Assembly (NCBI RefSeq): GCF_006345805.1
Contig: NC_043006.1
Span: forward strand, 102,238,001-102,302,000
Reading direction: 5' to 3'
Length of the DNA stretch: 64,000 nucleotides
From: Octopus sinensis
Taxonomy: Eukaryota
Numbering within the stretch: position 1 is the first letter of the stretch; the number at the start of each line of letters is the position of its first letter. Positions 50,600 through 62,640 of the stretch are shown in pieces. The notes under the pieces are model-generated. The model saw nothing but the letters and a program-made list of their open reading frames with translations. It had not been told where the DNA came from and did not search any database. A program made the position numbers and the translations under genes.

Positions 50600-51545
50600 T
50601 CAATTTTACTTTACTGGATGGGTTTTCTCAAACACAGCAAAACGCCAATTGTCTTGGTCCTTTGTCATCTCTTCTGTGAGACTTAAACATCTGAAGATCA
50701 TTTTTCCCGTGTCTTCTTAGGTCTTCCTCTTCAACAGGTTTCATCCATATCTACAGATCGACACTTTTTTATGCAGCTGTCTTCATTCATATGCATCACA
50801 TGACTACACCAATGCAGTCTTCTCTCTTGCACACTACATGTGATGCCTTTTATACCCAATTTTATTGTACATGCACACTGACACTGCACATCCAATGGAG
50901 CACACTGGTTTCATTTCTCTCATGTCCTCTGCTTTCCCAGTCCACATTTCTTTACCATTTAGCACAGCTGTTCAAAACACAAGCATCATACCATATGCCC
51001 TTCACTCTGAAGGAAAGGCCTTTTGTTACCAACAAAGGGGCTCTCTGAACCTTTCCAGTGAGTTCTTATTCTAACAACTACGCTTTCTGTGTCTCCTTCT
51101 CCTCAGCTAATTTGGTCACCTACATAACAGAAACTTCTCTACTACCTCTAAGGATTTCCCTGAACATTTGAGAAAGTCTACATCCTGTGGGTTCTTAGTA
51201 TTTATTGTACCTGAACACCAACCACACACAAAGACTACTTTCTCTGTTAAGCTTCCTGTTATTCTACCGCATCTCTTATGTGCCCTTGGCTTGTATTTGG
51301 TACACAGTATCAAATCTCAACCTACACCTTTTCTACATATCAAACAGGGCCATTTCCTTGAAGAGATTTGCAATTTGTCTGCTTGCCTGTTCACTAGAAT
51401 TTTGGTCTTTGCTAGCTAAACTCTAAGGCTATAAGAACAAGGTCATCAGCTTAGAGGAGCTCCAGTAGGTAAATGATGAGGTTTATATGCCTGGGTATAC
51501 AAATGGAAGGAAAAGTGCTCAATGTACATAGTAGAGTTTATTTGT
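50600..51545 (-). mobile_element. RTE-clade LINE ORF2 relic with Cys/His module inside the RT
   Basis: Minus strand LL*ADDLVL, KTKILV, WPCLICRKGVG..AHKRCGRI..FVCGWCSG, LEVVEKF, then sequence homologous to 6400-7000. Confidence 0.82.
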
Positions 51546-51589
51546 TTAAAGCTGATGATTTACTCCCATCACTGCCTTGATCATCTCAT

Positions 51590-52450
51590 TTGTACAACCC
51601 TTCAGGTGATGAAAAAGATGAAGGCTCATCCATGAAATGGAAGGAAGAGTTAAGTCTGTGTAGGGTGGTGATGTTTTGGATTAAAGAACCCAGACAGTGG
51701 AGTGAGGGATAGCAAGAGTATTGGGTGGATGGCAGAGATTCCCATTGCATCTGAAGGACAAGAGAAACACATTCAGGAAAGATGTGGAAAGCAGCAGGAT
51801 CAGATTGAAGTATGGAAGTAGTGTAGGGTGGTGTGTTAGAACAGTAAGGTGATAGTGGAGGCAAGTGAGAGTAAAGGAAAACTGGTTGGTGGTAATGGAG
51901 GAGTGGTGGTTCTGTCAATATCACACAGGTAACCAGCAAGGTAGCATCATTAGCTGATTGAGAGTAACCACATTGAATGAAATAGTGGATGTTTGAATTG
52001 GATTTTGTACCAGTCATAGCCATAGCTACAAAAGTTGTAGATGTGATAGATGTGATAGTAGGATTTAAAAAGGTAATGCTATGGCTGGCATCATAGTTAT
52101 GCAATGAGACAGCTACAACTATTGGTGAAAAGAGCTGGACTAAGTATTAGGTGATTAATTCTGTGGGACAGGTGGTAATTATGAGGTGGCTTTGTGAATC
52201 TTGAAAAGGAAGTGGCGGTATATGGTGTTCTGACATTAAGGTTGATGACTGTGGAAGGAAGGTGAGAGGAGGAGATGAGACGGTAGAGGGTGGTGAACGA
52301 GAATTATTGGTTGCAGGGAATATAGAGAAGATAGTTTGTAGAAAGTAGGGGTCTGAGAAGTTGCTGGGGTGCTACAGATTTTTACAGTTCAAACTGCTAC
52401 ACCATCACAACGCTACCTTTGTTAGTTGGCTGTGTCTGAAATAGCAAAGT
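51590..52450 (-). mobile_element. Highly decayed CR1/L2-like LINE 3' region
   Basis: Loose similarity of minus-strand peptide YTTSIL..WESLPSTQYSCYPSLHCLG..TLHRL to CR1/L2 C-termini. Confidence 0.4.
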
Positions 52451-53453
52451 ATTGTGGAATAATGGAAAGGACAGCAGTGAAGGTCAGTGAAGCAGCTGCA
52501 GTTATTAGGCCCAGGAGGGTCTGTGATGGAAAAAGACATGAAGCTTATTGCATCATGCAAACTGCATAATCAATTGAGGTATGAAAATGCTGAACAGATG
52601 TAATGAGAAGTAAGAAGCAGAACCCCTTAGTAAAGAGGGACTGCATCAAAGAGTGATAGATTAAGTGATAGGTAGGGAAATGGTGTTGGCAATAGGGGTT
52701 GGGTTAAAGTATTGATGGTTGAACTAGTGATTGAATCCCTCTTCTGATTGGTTGCACTCATGTTATAGATTTCCTTTACAGTGTATGTGTATCTGTGGTG
52801 GTAGAACTCTCCGATAACAACTGCAATAACACTCAAACCAGTGTATTAATAAAAAATAAATTAATCTTGTTAATGGGAGGAAATACACATGTGACTGCAT
52901 TGAATTCTATTTTCATTATCAGAAAATAGAATTCAACATAGTTTTTATATGAATGTTAATGTGTAAAAATGTTGTTTCCTTCATTTATTTTTTTATATTT
53001 TTATTTCTCTTGTCAGAGGAAATGCAACAAGCATTTTCTTCCCATTGCAACAAATGTGTATGTTAAGCCAATTGACATTGTTTAAAAAAATATCAAATAC
53101 AACAAAAAGCAGCCTTATCCTAGAGATTTTAGATCCATAGGACCAATAGTTAATTCCAATTTCTTTAGTGTTAAGTAGATTAAAGACAACTCTTCTTGGG
53201 AAAGATTTTTTTTTTTTTTAAACTTGTATCTTCTTTCCCAGAAGTTGTGGTACCTGTTTCTGACATTTTTGTGAACTGAAGGCATGTACTCTTTAACTAG
53301 AAAGCCCAGAGTGACAGTGAAATTTTTCTTGTAAATTTGAACCATATTAGTTAATAGCCTAACATCATTTTTATCCTAGTTCCCATCTCCCTCAAATAGT
53401 CAAACAAATTAAAAACAATCAGTAGTGCTTAGTTGTATTGAATTTGGAGGAAT

Positions 53454-53484
<31 letters not shown>

Positions 53485-53883
53485 TACATATACATAGATA
53501 CACACACACACAAACACACACGTGTACATATACATAGATACACACACACAAACACATATTAAGCAAGCATGAAGATATCTGGTGCCATGCTAACAATTCT
53601 TTTATAAGCACCTCTTTGAAAATGTTTTCAAATGTAAATTAAATTCTGCCGTTGCTGGTGGGGATTGTTTTACTATTTCTACTGTTTTGATTTGTTTTTA
53701 TTCTTATTCAAAACCCAAAAAGAAAAACTCTTTCAAGTGAGTTTCATGGATTTATTCACTGCAGCAATCTTGTCAACCTTATGTCTCTGTGTTTGAACTA
53801 AAATACAACCATTTCTCTTGGAATTTTTTTCTTTTTATTATTTATTGCAGTTTCCTTGTCTTATTTCTCCTTTTAATTTTCAG

Positions 53884-54067
53884 GTGAAACATGCGGAGAA
53901 TTTTGGTGCCATAGGGGCAATCTTGTATGGGGACCCATTTGACTATGCTTCCAAACAGTCAAGTGTATATCCGTCATCTTGGTGGCTACCACCCTGGGCT
54001 GTCAAAATATCTCATGTTCGCTATACTCTCAGTGGGGATCCCCAGACACCAGATTATGCAGCTTTAG
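53884..54067 (+). CDS. Internal coding exon C of the M28B gene, phase 0 to 1
   Basis: Acceptor ttttaattttcAG, donor GTAAGC. Translates VKHAENFGAIGAILYGDPFDYASKQSSVYPSSWWLPPWAVKISHVRYTLSGDPQTPDYAAL, matching PSMA VKNAQLAGAKGVILYSDPADY..YPDGWNLP..GDPLTPGYPA. Confidence 0.95.
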
Positions 54068-54354
54068 GTAAGCTTTTTGGGGTTTTATCTTTATTTGTCA
54101 TAAATGCTATCTCAGCAAACTTTTTGTGACTTTAGTTGAGGGCTTTTTACATTCTGAGCTTTTTACTTTATCATCATCATCATCTTTCCTTCCATATTTC
54201 TATAAGTTAATGAAGATAGGTACCAGTCATCAACTGGGGTAGATCTCATGGACTATATTTCCCCACTTGAAAAGAAAAAAATTCTATTTCCATGTTCCTA
54301 TGTTAAATACCATTATTTCTCTCTGCCCTATTTATATTTTGAAAAATTTTCAGC

Positions 54355-54715
54355 AAAGCACAGCTGTATAGTAAAAAGTTTGCTTCCCAACCACATGGTT
54401 CCAGGTTCAGTCCCACTGTGTGGCACCTTGAGCAAGTGTCTTCTACTATAGCCCCAGGTCAACCAAAGGGTTATGAGTGGATTAGATAGAGGGAAACTGA
54501 AAGAAGCTTGTTGTGTGTGTTTGTCCTCCCACCATCATTTGACAAGCAGTGTTGGTTTGTTTACATCTCCATAACCTAGCAGTTTGGCAAAAGAGACTGA
54601 TAGAATAAGTACCAGACTTTAAAAAAACTACTGGGATCAATTTGTTCAACTAAACCCTTCAAGGCAGTGATCCAGAATGGCCACAGTCCAATAACTGAAA
54701 CAAGAATTAAAAAAT
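54355..54715 (+). mobile_element. SINE family A, diverged
   Basis: CCAACCACATGGTTCCAGGTTCAGTCCCACTGTGTGGCACCTTGAGCAAG..ACTGAAACAAG. Confidence 0.85.
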
Positions 54716-54828
54716 AAGGTAAAAAGGTAAATATTTTAAAACCATGTAGGGTCTTCGGTAAAATAACTTGTTGAGACTTCAAAAAAATTGCAGGATAAAC
54801 TATTTGTATTAACTGTTAGAGGGTACTC

Positions 54829-55053
54829 AAGCTGGCAGAATCGTTAGCACGTCGGGCGAAATGCTTAGCGGTATTTCTGCTGCCGCTACGTTGTGAGTTC
54901 AAATTCCGCCGAGGTCGACTTTGCCTTTCATCCTTTCGGGGTCGATAAATTAAGTACCAGTTATGCACTGGGGTCGATGTAATCGACTTAATACCTATGT
55001 ATGTCCATGTTTGTCCCTTCTATGTTTAGCCCCTTGTGGGTAATAAAGAAATA
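54829..55053 (+). mobile_element. Young SINE family B copy with Tx1-type tail
   Basis: CpG-rich body, core CTTTGCCTTTCATCCTTTCGGGGTCGATAAATTAAGTACCAG, tail GCCCCTTGTGGGTAATAAAGAAATA; GGTACTC on both sides (54822-28, 55054-60). Confidence 0.88.
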
Positions 55054-55523
55054 GGTACTCTTAGATAGACTTCTGAGGACTGTTTGGGGTTATGAGAGGA
55101 AAAGGAAGAAGATATCCATGAGAGAAGAAAAGATGTACAGTTGGCTTCTTTTACACTGAGATGAAACAAGAGGTGGAAAAGGAGGTAGTTGTCTGTCAAA
55201 GTAACAAATTATATTAGACTATTGTGATCAAAGGAAGGGCTAAAGTCTTTAAAGAACTTGAATAGGGGAAATGGACTGATGTTACGTAGAAAATGAAGAA
55301 CTTGGTTCTTAACAAATCCCAGAGAAAGACAAGAGACAAAGAGAAAGGAAACAGTTGTTTACTTTGAACAATAAGCATTTCCTACTTTGCCAGCCCCTAT
55401 TAACCACTCTGTGTCCCCTGCTCCCTCTCTGACACCCACAACATTTATTAAAACCACTTTCATTTCTCTCTAGATTATTAGAAATCACTTTAGACTTCTT
55501 ACTTTTTAGTTATTCATTTTATA

Positions 55524-55560
<37 letters not shown>

Positions 55561-57765
55561 GTTTAGGGGGAATCATATTTAATAAAGCCTATAAATGCAC
55601 CAACTGTATTTGTCTTAAAATATATTTCACTTGTCTTCTTTCTTTTCCCAAGGCTTTTGATGTTTGTTTATGTCCCCCAAAAATATTTGTTGCTACACTA
55701 ATCACTAGCTTTCTCAAAGGGTACACAATTTTTTTTATGCTTTGCTTGTAGTTTTCAACTGATTTCTTTTGTTTTTTTTCTGTTGCTGCATCTCCATGGC
55801 AGCAAGTATTTTTTTTTTAACCTTGCAGAATTCATTGAAGCATAATTTGGTACAAACTTTGCTCACACTCGTTCCCCTTATGTTTTCTTTTATAATCCTC
55901 TCCTCATCATCACTCCCATCAGTAGCCAAACAACATCTACATGTTTATGCTTAAAATCAAATGAGTTTGGTTATTCTTAATTGCTATTTGTGTGTGCGCG
56001 TGCGTGCGCGCACATGCGCACGTGCATATGTATATATATTCACTAATATGTGAAAGTATATGTCTGATACCAAATGCATCTGCATATGCATGTCTCAGAG
56101 TAGATATGTTTGATAGTATAGGTATGTATTGATCTGATAGTGCAGGTATGTGTTTAATGGAAGGTGTGTTTTCAATTACACTCACCTTAGTATCTACATG
56201 GCGTTGATTGAAAGCTTCTATTTTTGTTGTTTTGTCCTTCTTCTTGCTGTTGACATTAGCTGTTTTCTCTGTCATTTAGTGTCACATTTCATCTTCCTTC
56301 AGATAAAAGACACTTTGGGAAGGTTGGTTTGGGATTTCCATTAAATTGAATTCCATTAAATAAGTAAGCTTCAGAAAATAATACATAGGTGTTAGTCCTA
56401 TTTTTCTCTATCTCCCCATGTATGCATATATATGTGTGTATGTATATATATCCCATGCTAGCATGGAAAGCAGACGTTAAACGATGATGATGATGTATGT
56501 ATGTATACATGTATACACACATACACATGTCATTCACAAGCAAGTATGACTTGACAGCATGTACAATACTTTTGCTATTATCATCATATTACATCTGCTT
56601 TTCATAGTGGTGGCATGAGTTGGATAGGACATGGTTTGAGTCAGTTCTTGTGCGGGATTTCTGCTTTCCTAGACATGGCCAGGTGACATATCTCACTCAT
56701 CCTCCATTTTCACTTTAGAATGGTTTCTATGACTGGTTGCCCTTCATACTTCACACCATCAACCACTTCACAGAATGTACTGGATGCATACATATTTTTA
56801 GTGGCAGAAGCACTAAAGTGGTTGTCATCTTACCTTCTTGATAAGACTAAAGGTTCTTCTGACCCTAAAATCTCCCCCACTCAGTCATCCATCCCGTCAC
56901 AAGTTTAAAGGACATACTTTATCATAACGCTAGAAAAGATGAAGTTCCCTTGTACCAGCTTCCGCATTACTCTTTGTTGTGTTCGCTTGTGATTGCCAAC
57001 TCTGCCCCCATGTGAAACTGCACATACTGCAAGAGACTGCAGTATCCATCAACAAGAAAACTACTTAATCCTATAATTGCCGCCAAACATATACCCTGTA
57101 AATGAACTTGAAACTATTCCTGACCCAGATAAAGTACCTGAGTCATAATTGACCCATGCTCTGTGTATTATCATTATGACTTACCATCACCTCACTAAAA
57201 TTACTCTACACAGCTATACTTGACACACACAAACTAATATGTAATCTGTCACCTCATAACCATGTGATATGACCATGTGATATGACAGTAACTGGCATCA
57301 CTGAACTCTCAAATCCTACAGACTATTAACTACTTGATAGCAGTGTGTGATTGTACATGGCATCAACAGGTGTTGCCGCTTTTACCAAAGTGTTACACAT
57401 GATTTGAAACAATCTATGGGGATTCAAAATAATATCACCTAGAAGCTATCTTCAAATTCTCTTTACTCCAATCTGAGAACATCTGAGGAAGAATTCACAT
57501 ATCTTTCCTTATGAAATTTTAAGTAATATAAAGCTGAGTCTACCTGAAATTAAATAAACCTTTTTTTAGAGAGGTGAAGTTTTTGTAAGCTATTCTTCAT
57601 AAATATTTCTTCTATTTGGTATCAAGTATGAGTATTTTATATCTTATTTGGACTTAAATGCAAAAAGTGAACATTGTAGAAAATCTGCAAGAAATTCTAA
57701 ACCAAGGTTTCAGGTTGTTTCTCTCTCTTCATTGAATGTATGTATGTGTGTTTTTTGTTTGTGTG

Positions 57766-57809
<44 letters not shown>

Positions 57810-57812
<3 letters not shown>

Positions 57813-57975
57813 GCAGGCTTCTATCAGTTCTGACTACCAAATCTACTCATAAGGCCTTGGTCAGCCTGGGGCTACAGTGGAAGACACTTGCCCAAGGTGT
57901 GTCACGCAGTGAGACTGAATCTGGAACTATGTGGTTGAGAAGCTAACTTCTTACCACACAACCATGCCTGCACAC
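57810..57975 (-). mobile_element. SINE family A 5' half
   Basis: GCAGGCTTCT..GAAGACACTTGCCCAAGG..CTTACCACACAACCATGCCTGC. Confidence 0.8.
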
Positions 57976-58034
57976 ACACATATATATATATACACACACA
58001 CATATACATATGTGTGTATATATGTGTGTATGTA

Positions 58035-58083
<49 letters not shown>

Positions 58084-58571
58084 CCTGGATATAAATTTTT
58101 TACATTTATTCAACACATTACAATCTTACATGTGTTTTATTAACAATAGCTATAATATCTGTTATATAATAGTCTTCAGCACAGTCATAGGGGCAACAAG
58201 CCCACCCACACACACATTTATACTGTATATTTTTACATAAAAGCTGGTCTTCTATGTAAACTAAAAAACTACAGTAAAGCACTTTAAAAATTAGAAAATT
58301 TTCATCATCATTATTGCTTTTGTTGTTATTACAGACATTTCATTTGAATTTCATCCTTTTTGTGAATGTTTGACATATCTCAAGTCCCGCTTTAGTGATT
58401 TCCCTAATCTACTCAGATTTTGAAATTTGTATTGCTTCACTCGCATTGATAATGTTTTGGGTTTTTTTCTAACAAAGAAATGCACAACACATTTTCTTTA
58501 CTCTAATATTTTGCCAGTCTTTAAGAAATTTACTTATTCCATTATTTTCACTAACTTTCCTCTATTTTCAG

Positions 58572-58662
58572 ATCATATCCATGAAATACCTGATTTTAGC
58601 AAGAGTTACCCGAAGATTCCTGTACATTCTGTCAGTTACTCTGATGCTGAAGAACTTATGAG
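58572..58662 (+). CDS. Internal coding exon D of the M28B gene, phase 1 to 2
   Basis: Acceptor cctctattttcAG, donor GTACAA. With the G from exon C reads (D)HIHEIPDFSKSYPKIPVHSVSYSDAEELM, matching PSMA LPSIPVHPIGYYDAQKLL. Confidence 0.92.
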
Positions 58663-59151
58663 GTACAAACATGTTGTTATTGCTACTGTTGTTGCTTTAC
58701 ATATGTCATGGCTGATATAGGATGAGGCTGATTTGGTTTTGTAAACAGAGCTCTCTGTTACTCATAGTAATTGGTTTCTTATCAATGCAGTCAAGCCCAG
58801 TATTTAACTGGCACTTGTTTTATTTAGCCCATAGGTGCTGGAAAGCACAAATGACTCTCAGGCAAAAATGTAAACAGAAAATTTAAGCAACAAACTGTCA
58901 TAAAGCAGGCCCTTCTTCCTTCTTTTAATATCTCATATGTTCTATATAGTATTTATATACTATGCACAGAACAAAACCCCTCCAGAAAAACTAAAAAACT
59001 AAAAAAACAAGCAGTTTTTAAACAGCTTCTTGTTAACTTAAAGTGACACTTCATTTGCTCATGATAGATCAACAAGCTGAAATATATTTATTTCTTCAAG
59101 AAATATATTGTTAATGCTAATACCAATTTCAACCATTTCTCTCTCTCTCTC

Positions 59152-59202
<51 letters not shown>

Positions 59203-59689
59203 CATCTATCTATCTCCTCCTCCTCTCCCTTTCTCTCTTTCTCCATTCCTCAACATTACCACTATGTTGTTTTAATGTCTTTCGGGATTAGACACAGGAG
59301 TGGTTTCTAGTGGCCTTCTAATAGAACTTAATCCTGGTAGGATTATTTAAAGCTTGAATATAAGAAATAGGAGCCACAATACCTTTAACAAGGAAATAAT
59401 TACAACTAAGAATCAAAATCTATATCTCTGACTTAACTTGCTGAGTGCCTTTCTGTACTTAACTCAACCCGTGTACAATTCTAATTCTTACTCCATCTCT
59501 TCTCTGGTGACTTATAAAAGGGGTTTATGACTCACACCTTTAAATTATTCAATACTTTCAAGCCAGCAAATGAACTTCCACTAAGACATAATCTGCTCTA
59601 TGCTAGAATGAAACATTTGTCAGCAATCTCTCCTACTGTTTTAGAAATGATGCCTTGAAGACCACATGTTTTGAGACTGAGATTTTTGG

Positions 59690-60092
59690 ACAATGGAAAT
59701 TGTAGCTGTGATACCAGTGCCGGTGGCACATAAGAGAGCCATCCGAACGTGGCCGTTGCCAGTGCTGCCCCGATGGGCATCCATGCCGGTAGCATGTAAA
59801 AAGCACCATCCGATCGTGGCCATTGCCAGCCTCGCCTGGTCCCGTGCCGGTGGCACGTAAAAGGCACCCTCCGACCGTGGCCGTTTGCCAGCTTCGTCTG
59901 GCACCTATGCCAGCGGCACGTAAAAAGCACCTACTACACTCACGGAGTGGTTGGTGTTAGGAAGGGCATCCAGCCATAGAAACATTGCCAGATCAGACTG
60001 GGCCTGGTGCAGCCTTCTGGGTCCCCAGACCCCAGTTGAACCGTCCAACCCATGCTAGCATGGAAAGCGGATGCTAAATGATGATGATGATG
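59690..60092 (+). mobile_element. RTE-type 3' UTR with internal tandem ~57-bp units
   Basis: Repeated GTGCCGGTGGCACGTAAAAAGCACC-like units, then GTTAGGAAGGGCATCCAGC..CCATGCTAGCATGGAAAGCGGA..(TGA)n. Confidence 0.85.
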
Positions 60093-60324
60093 CCATTCAA
60101 TAAAGATGGGGATGACTATGTTGTTTTTTTTTTTATTTTTAAGAGTATCTGAGGGAAAAGGCTGCATCCAGGCCTTCTGAGACAGACTGGTGAAACCAGT
60201 GCAGTTAACATTCTTCTTGCAGGCAGCTGCAGGAAAAATATATGCTGGAAAGGAATTCCAAGGGGATAACATTCTAGTGAGGAAAGACTGGGCAGAAAGA
60301 TTTGTATGGGACATAAGTGAAAGC

Positions 60325-60480
60325 ACATGGCTTAGTAGTTAGGGTGTTGCACTCGCTATTGCGAGATCATAGCTTCAATTCCAAGACCAGCTGTGCACTG
60401 TGTTCTTGAGCAAAACACTTCATTTCACATTGCTGCAGTCCACTCAGCTGTAAATGAGTGATCTCGTGATGGATTGGCAT
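60325..60480 (+). mobile_element. SINE family D
   Basis: CATGGCTTAGTAGTTAGGGTGTTGCACTC..TTCAATTCC..TTCTTGAGCAAAACACTTCATTTCAC..CCACTCAGCTGTAAATGAGT. Confidence 0.65.
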
Positions 60481-62479
60481 ACAATGGTGAAATGGTGACT
60501 CAAGAAAATCGCCCAAGCAGAGAATTCATGAGCCATGTTTTGTATTCAGCCCATTCTGTGAATCCTGCTTGGTTGTTCAATTATGTCAAGGTCATCCTCA
60601 GTATGGGTCTGAAGTGTATACATAATGTGGGTGGACAAAAGAAGGAGAGATGATTAAATTGGGAGTAGCTGAGTATGGAACTTGCTAGTTCGAGGAGCAG
60701 ACTGTTGAAATGGCAGAGAGAGGAGACTGTCCATCTATGGACCAGAGGGTGTAGTGTGCATGGGAGTGACTTCATGCTCAAATCAATGCTTTCCTAGTGA
60801 GAATATCTCCATGTGATATGTTTATCTAAGTAACACTGGGACTACACAACTGCCAGAACAGAGCCTCTGTCTATGAAATACTATTGACCAGTGCATATTC
60901 ATTATTATAAATCAAGATGAGTTGATCATCTTTTGCAAAAATATAGCAGTGTTTGGGATAATGATAGTTTGTCTGTCATATTTGATGATTGTTATAATGT
61001 AGGAATGAATAATGATATTGTACTCAGATAATGATTTATTAATGAACAAAAAAGTATTGTAATAATTCTAAAATCAAATGTAAAATAGTAAACTGTAATT
61101 CCAATTGTCCACAATGTAAATGAATAAGACTGTAATAAAATCAAGCCTTGACTGGTGGGAAATAATAAACTCCGTAAAATGAATCGATGTATAAAAAATG
61201 TCTCCTGGTAGAGTCAATAAAGTGTCACACACGATTGGATGAATAGGGTAAATAAGGTGAAAGATAAACAATGTGGGATTTGGATAATGTCACATGATAG
61301 AATTGTGTCACATGATTGGATAAATAAAACTAGAAAATTAATAAACAATGTTTTGTATCAAGACAACTGAGGTTGTCTCAGTGATGACCTGGCTACTGCT
61401 AAGCAGTAAATAAAAGAATAAAACAAAGAGAAAATGAAATGAAGAAGGAAACAGAAAGTGCCTCATGTTATCATGTTTGTCCATTGATGATCAATGAAGA
61501 CAATGTCTTTGACCATGCAGCACCTCAACAGAGGATGCATCTCTACAAGGGACCAGAGAATCACACTGCTCCCACCTATTATGACACCTCTTCTGCGCCT
61601 GAAGCTCTGGAAGTGGCTGTATTTCATTTCCACAAATGTGTGATATCCATACTTGCACCATAAAAAGTCTGCTGACTCTTGTTGGAAAAAGTTTCAAGCA
61701 TCTCTAATCAATGAAGATTGTGGTCGACTGCCCTACACTTCCACAAAGGAGTCATGTAGTTGGGGCGGGGGCAGGGAAGAACTAGTGATGATATAGAACC
61801 ATTAACCACAAAATTCAGGCTGAAATTATGCCAACTGAGACTAAGCCACTTGTGATTTTCTTAATTTACTTTACACGATATGAAATTATCTTTTAGATTA
61901 TGGCTCCTTAAATCCAATTAATTAGTAAACTTGTTTTGTTTTGCTTTTCAATTAGAAGTTTTACCCAAAGCAAGGCCAAGAAAAACACTGATATGAAATT
62001 CAATTCTAAGTAATGGATATTAAAAGATTAAGATATTTATCTTGTGTGCTAAAGCAAAAACAAAGATGAAGCTGATTTGAGAAAAGATAAAATTGGAGAT
62101 ACTTTCGATGTTCCCTCAAATCAATACCATAAATGTCATTTAGACTGTAATAGATTGATTTTAAAAAAGCCTTCTTATTAAGTGACTATATTAGTTGTCT
62201 TTTTTCTCTCCTACACTTTAATGCTAAAAGAAACTGTATTTATATAGGGAAAACTTCAAATGTTCACCAAGAAAATTACTGCTGACTGCCACTCATCAGG
62301 TAGAAGGTTAAACATAGATGAGTTTTACAATGTCTATACAAAGTAATAGATATCCTGAGAGTTCAAAAGTTTAGTTATGTGTTGTAAGAATACAGAGGTT
62401 CTGAGAAACCAAGCTTAGGAAATTAGATGAAGCTCAGAGTCTAGCTTATCCCCTCACCTCTGTCACTCTGAACTCCTCA

Positions 62480-62640
62480 TGGCATGGCTATGTGGTTAAG
62501 AAGCATGCTTCCCAACTATGTGATCTTGAGTTCAGCCCCACTGCATGGTAGTACCTTGGGCAAGTGCCTTCTTTTATTGCCCCACCCTGACCAAAGCCTT
62601 GTGAGTGAATTTGGTAGACAGAAACTAAAAGAAGCTTTGT
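62480..62640 (+). mobile_element. SINE family A 5' half
   Basis: CATGGCTATGTGGTTAAGAAGC..TTCAGCCCCACTGC..CCTTGGGCAAGTG..GAATTTGGTAGAC. Confidence 0.8.
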
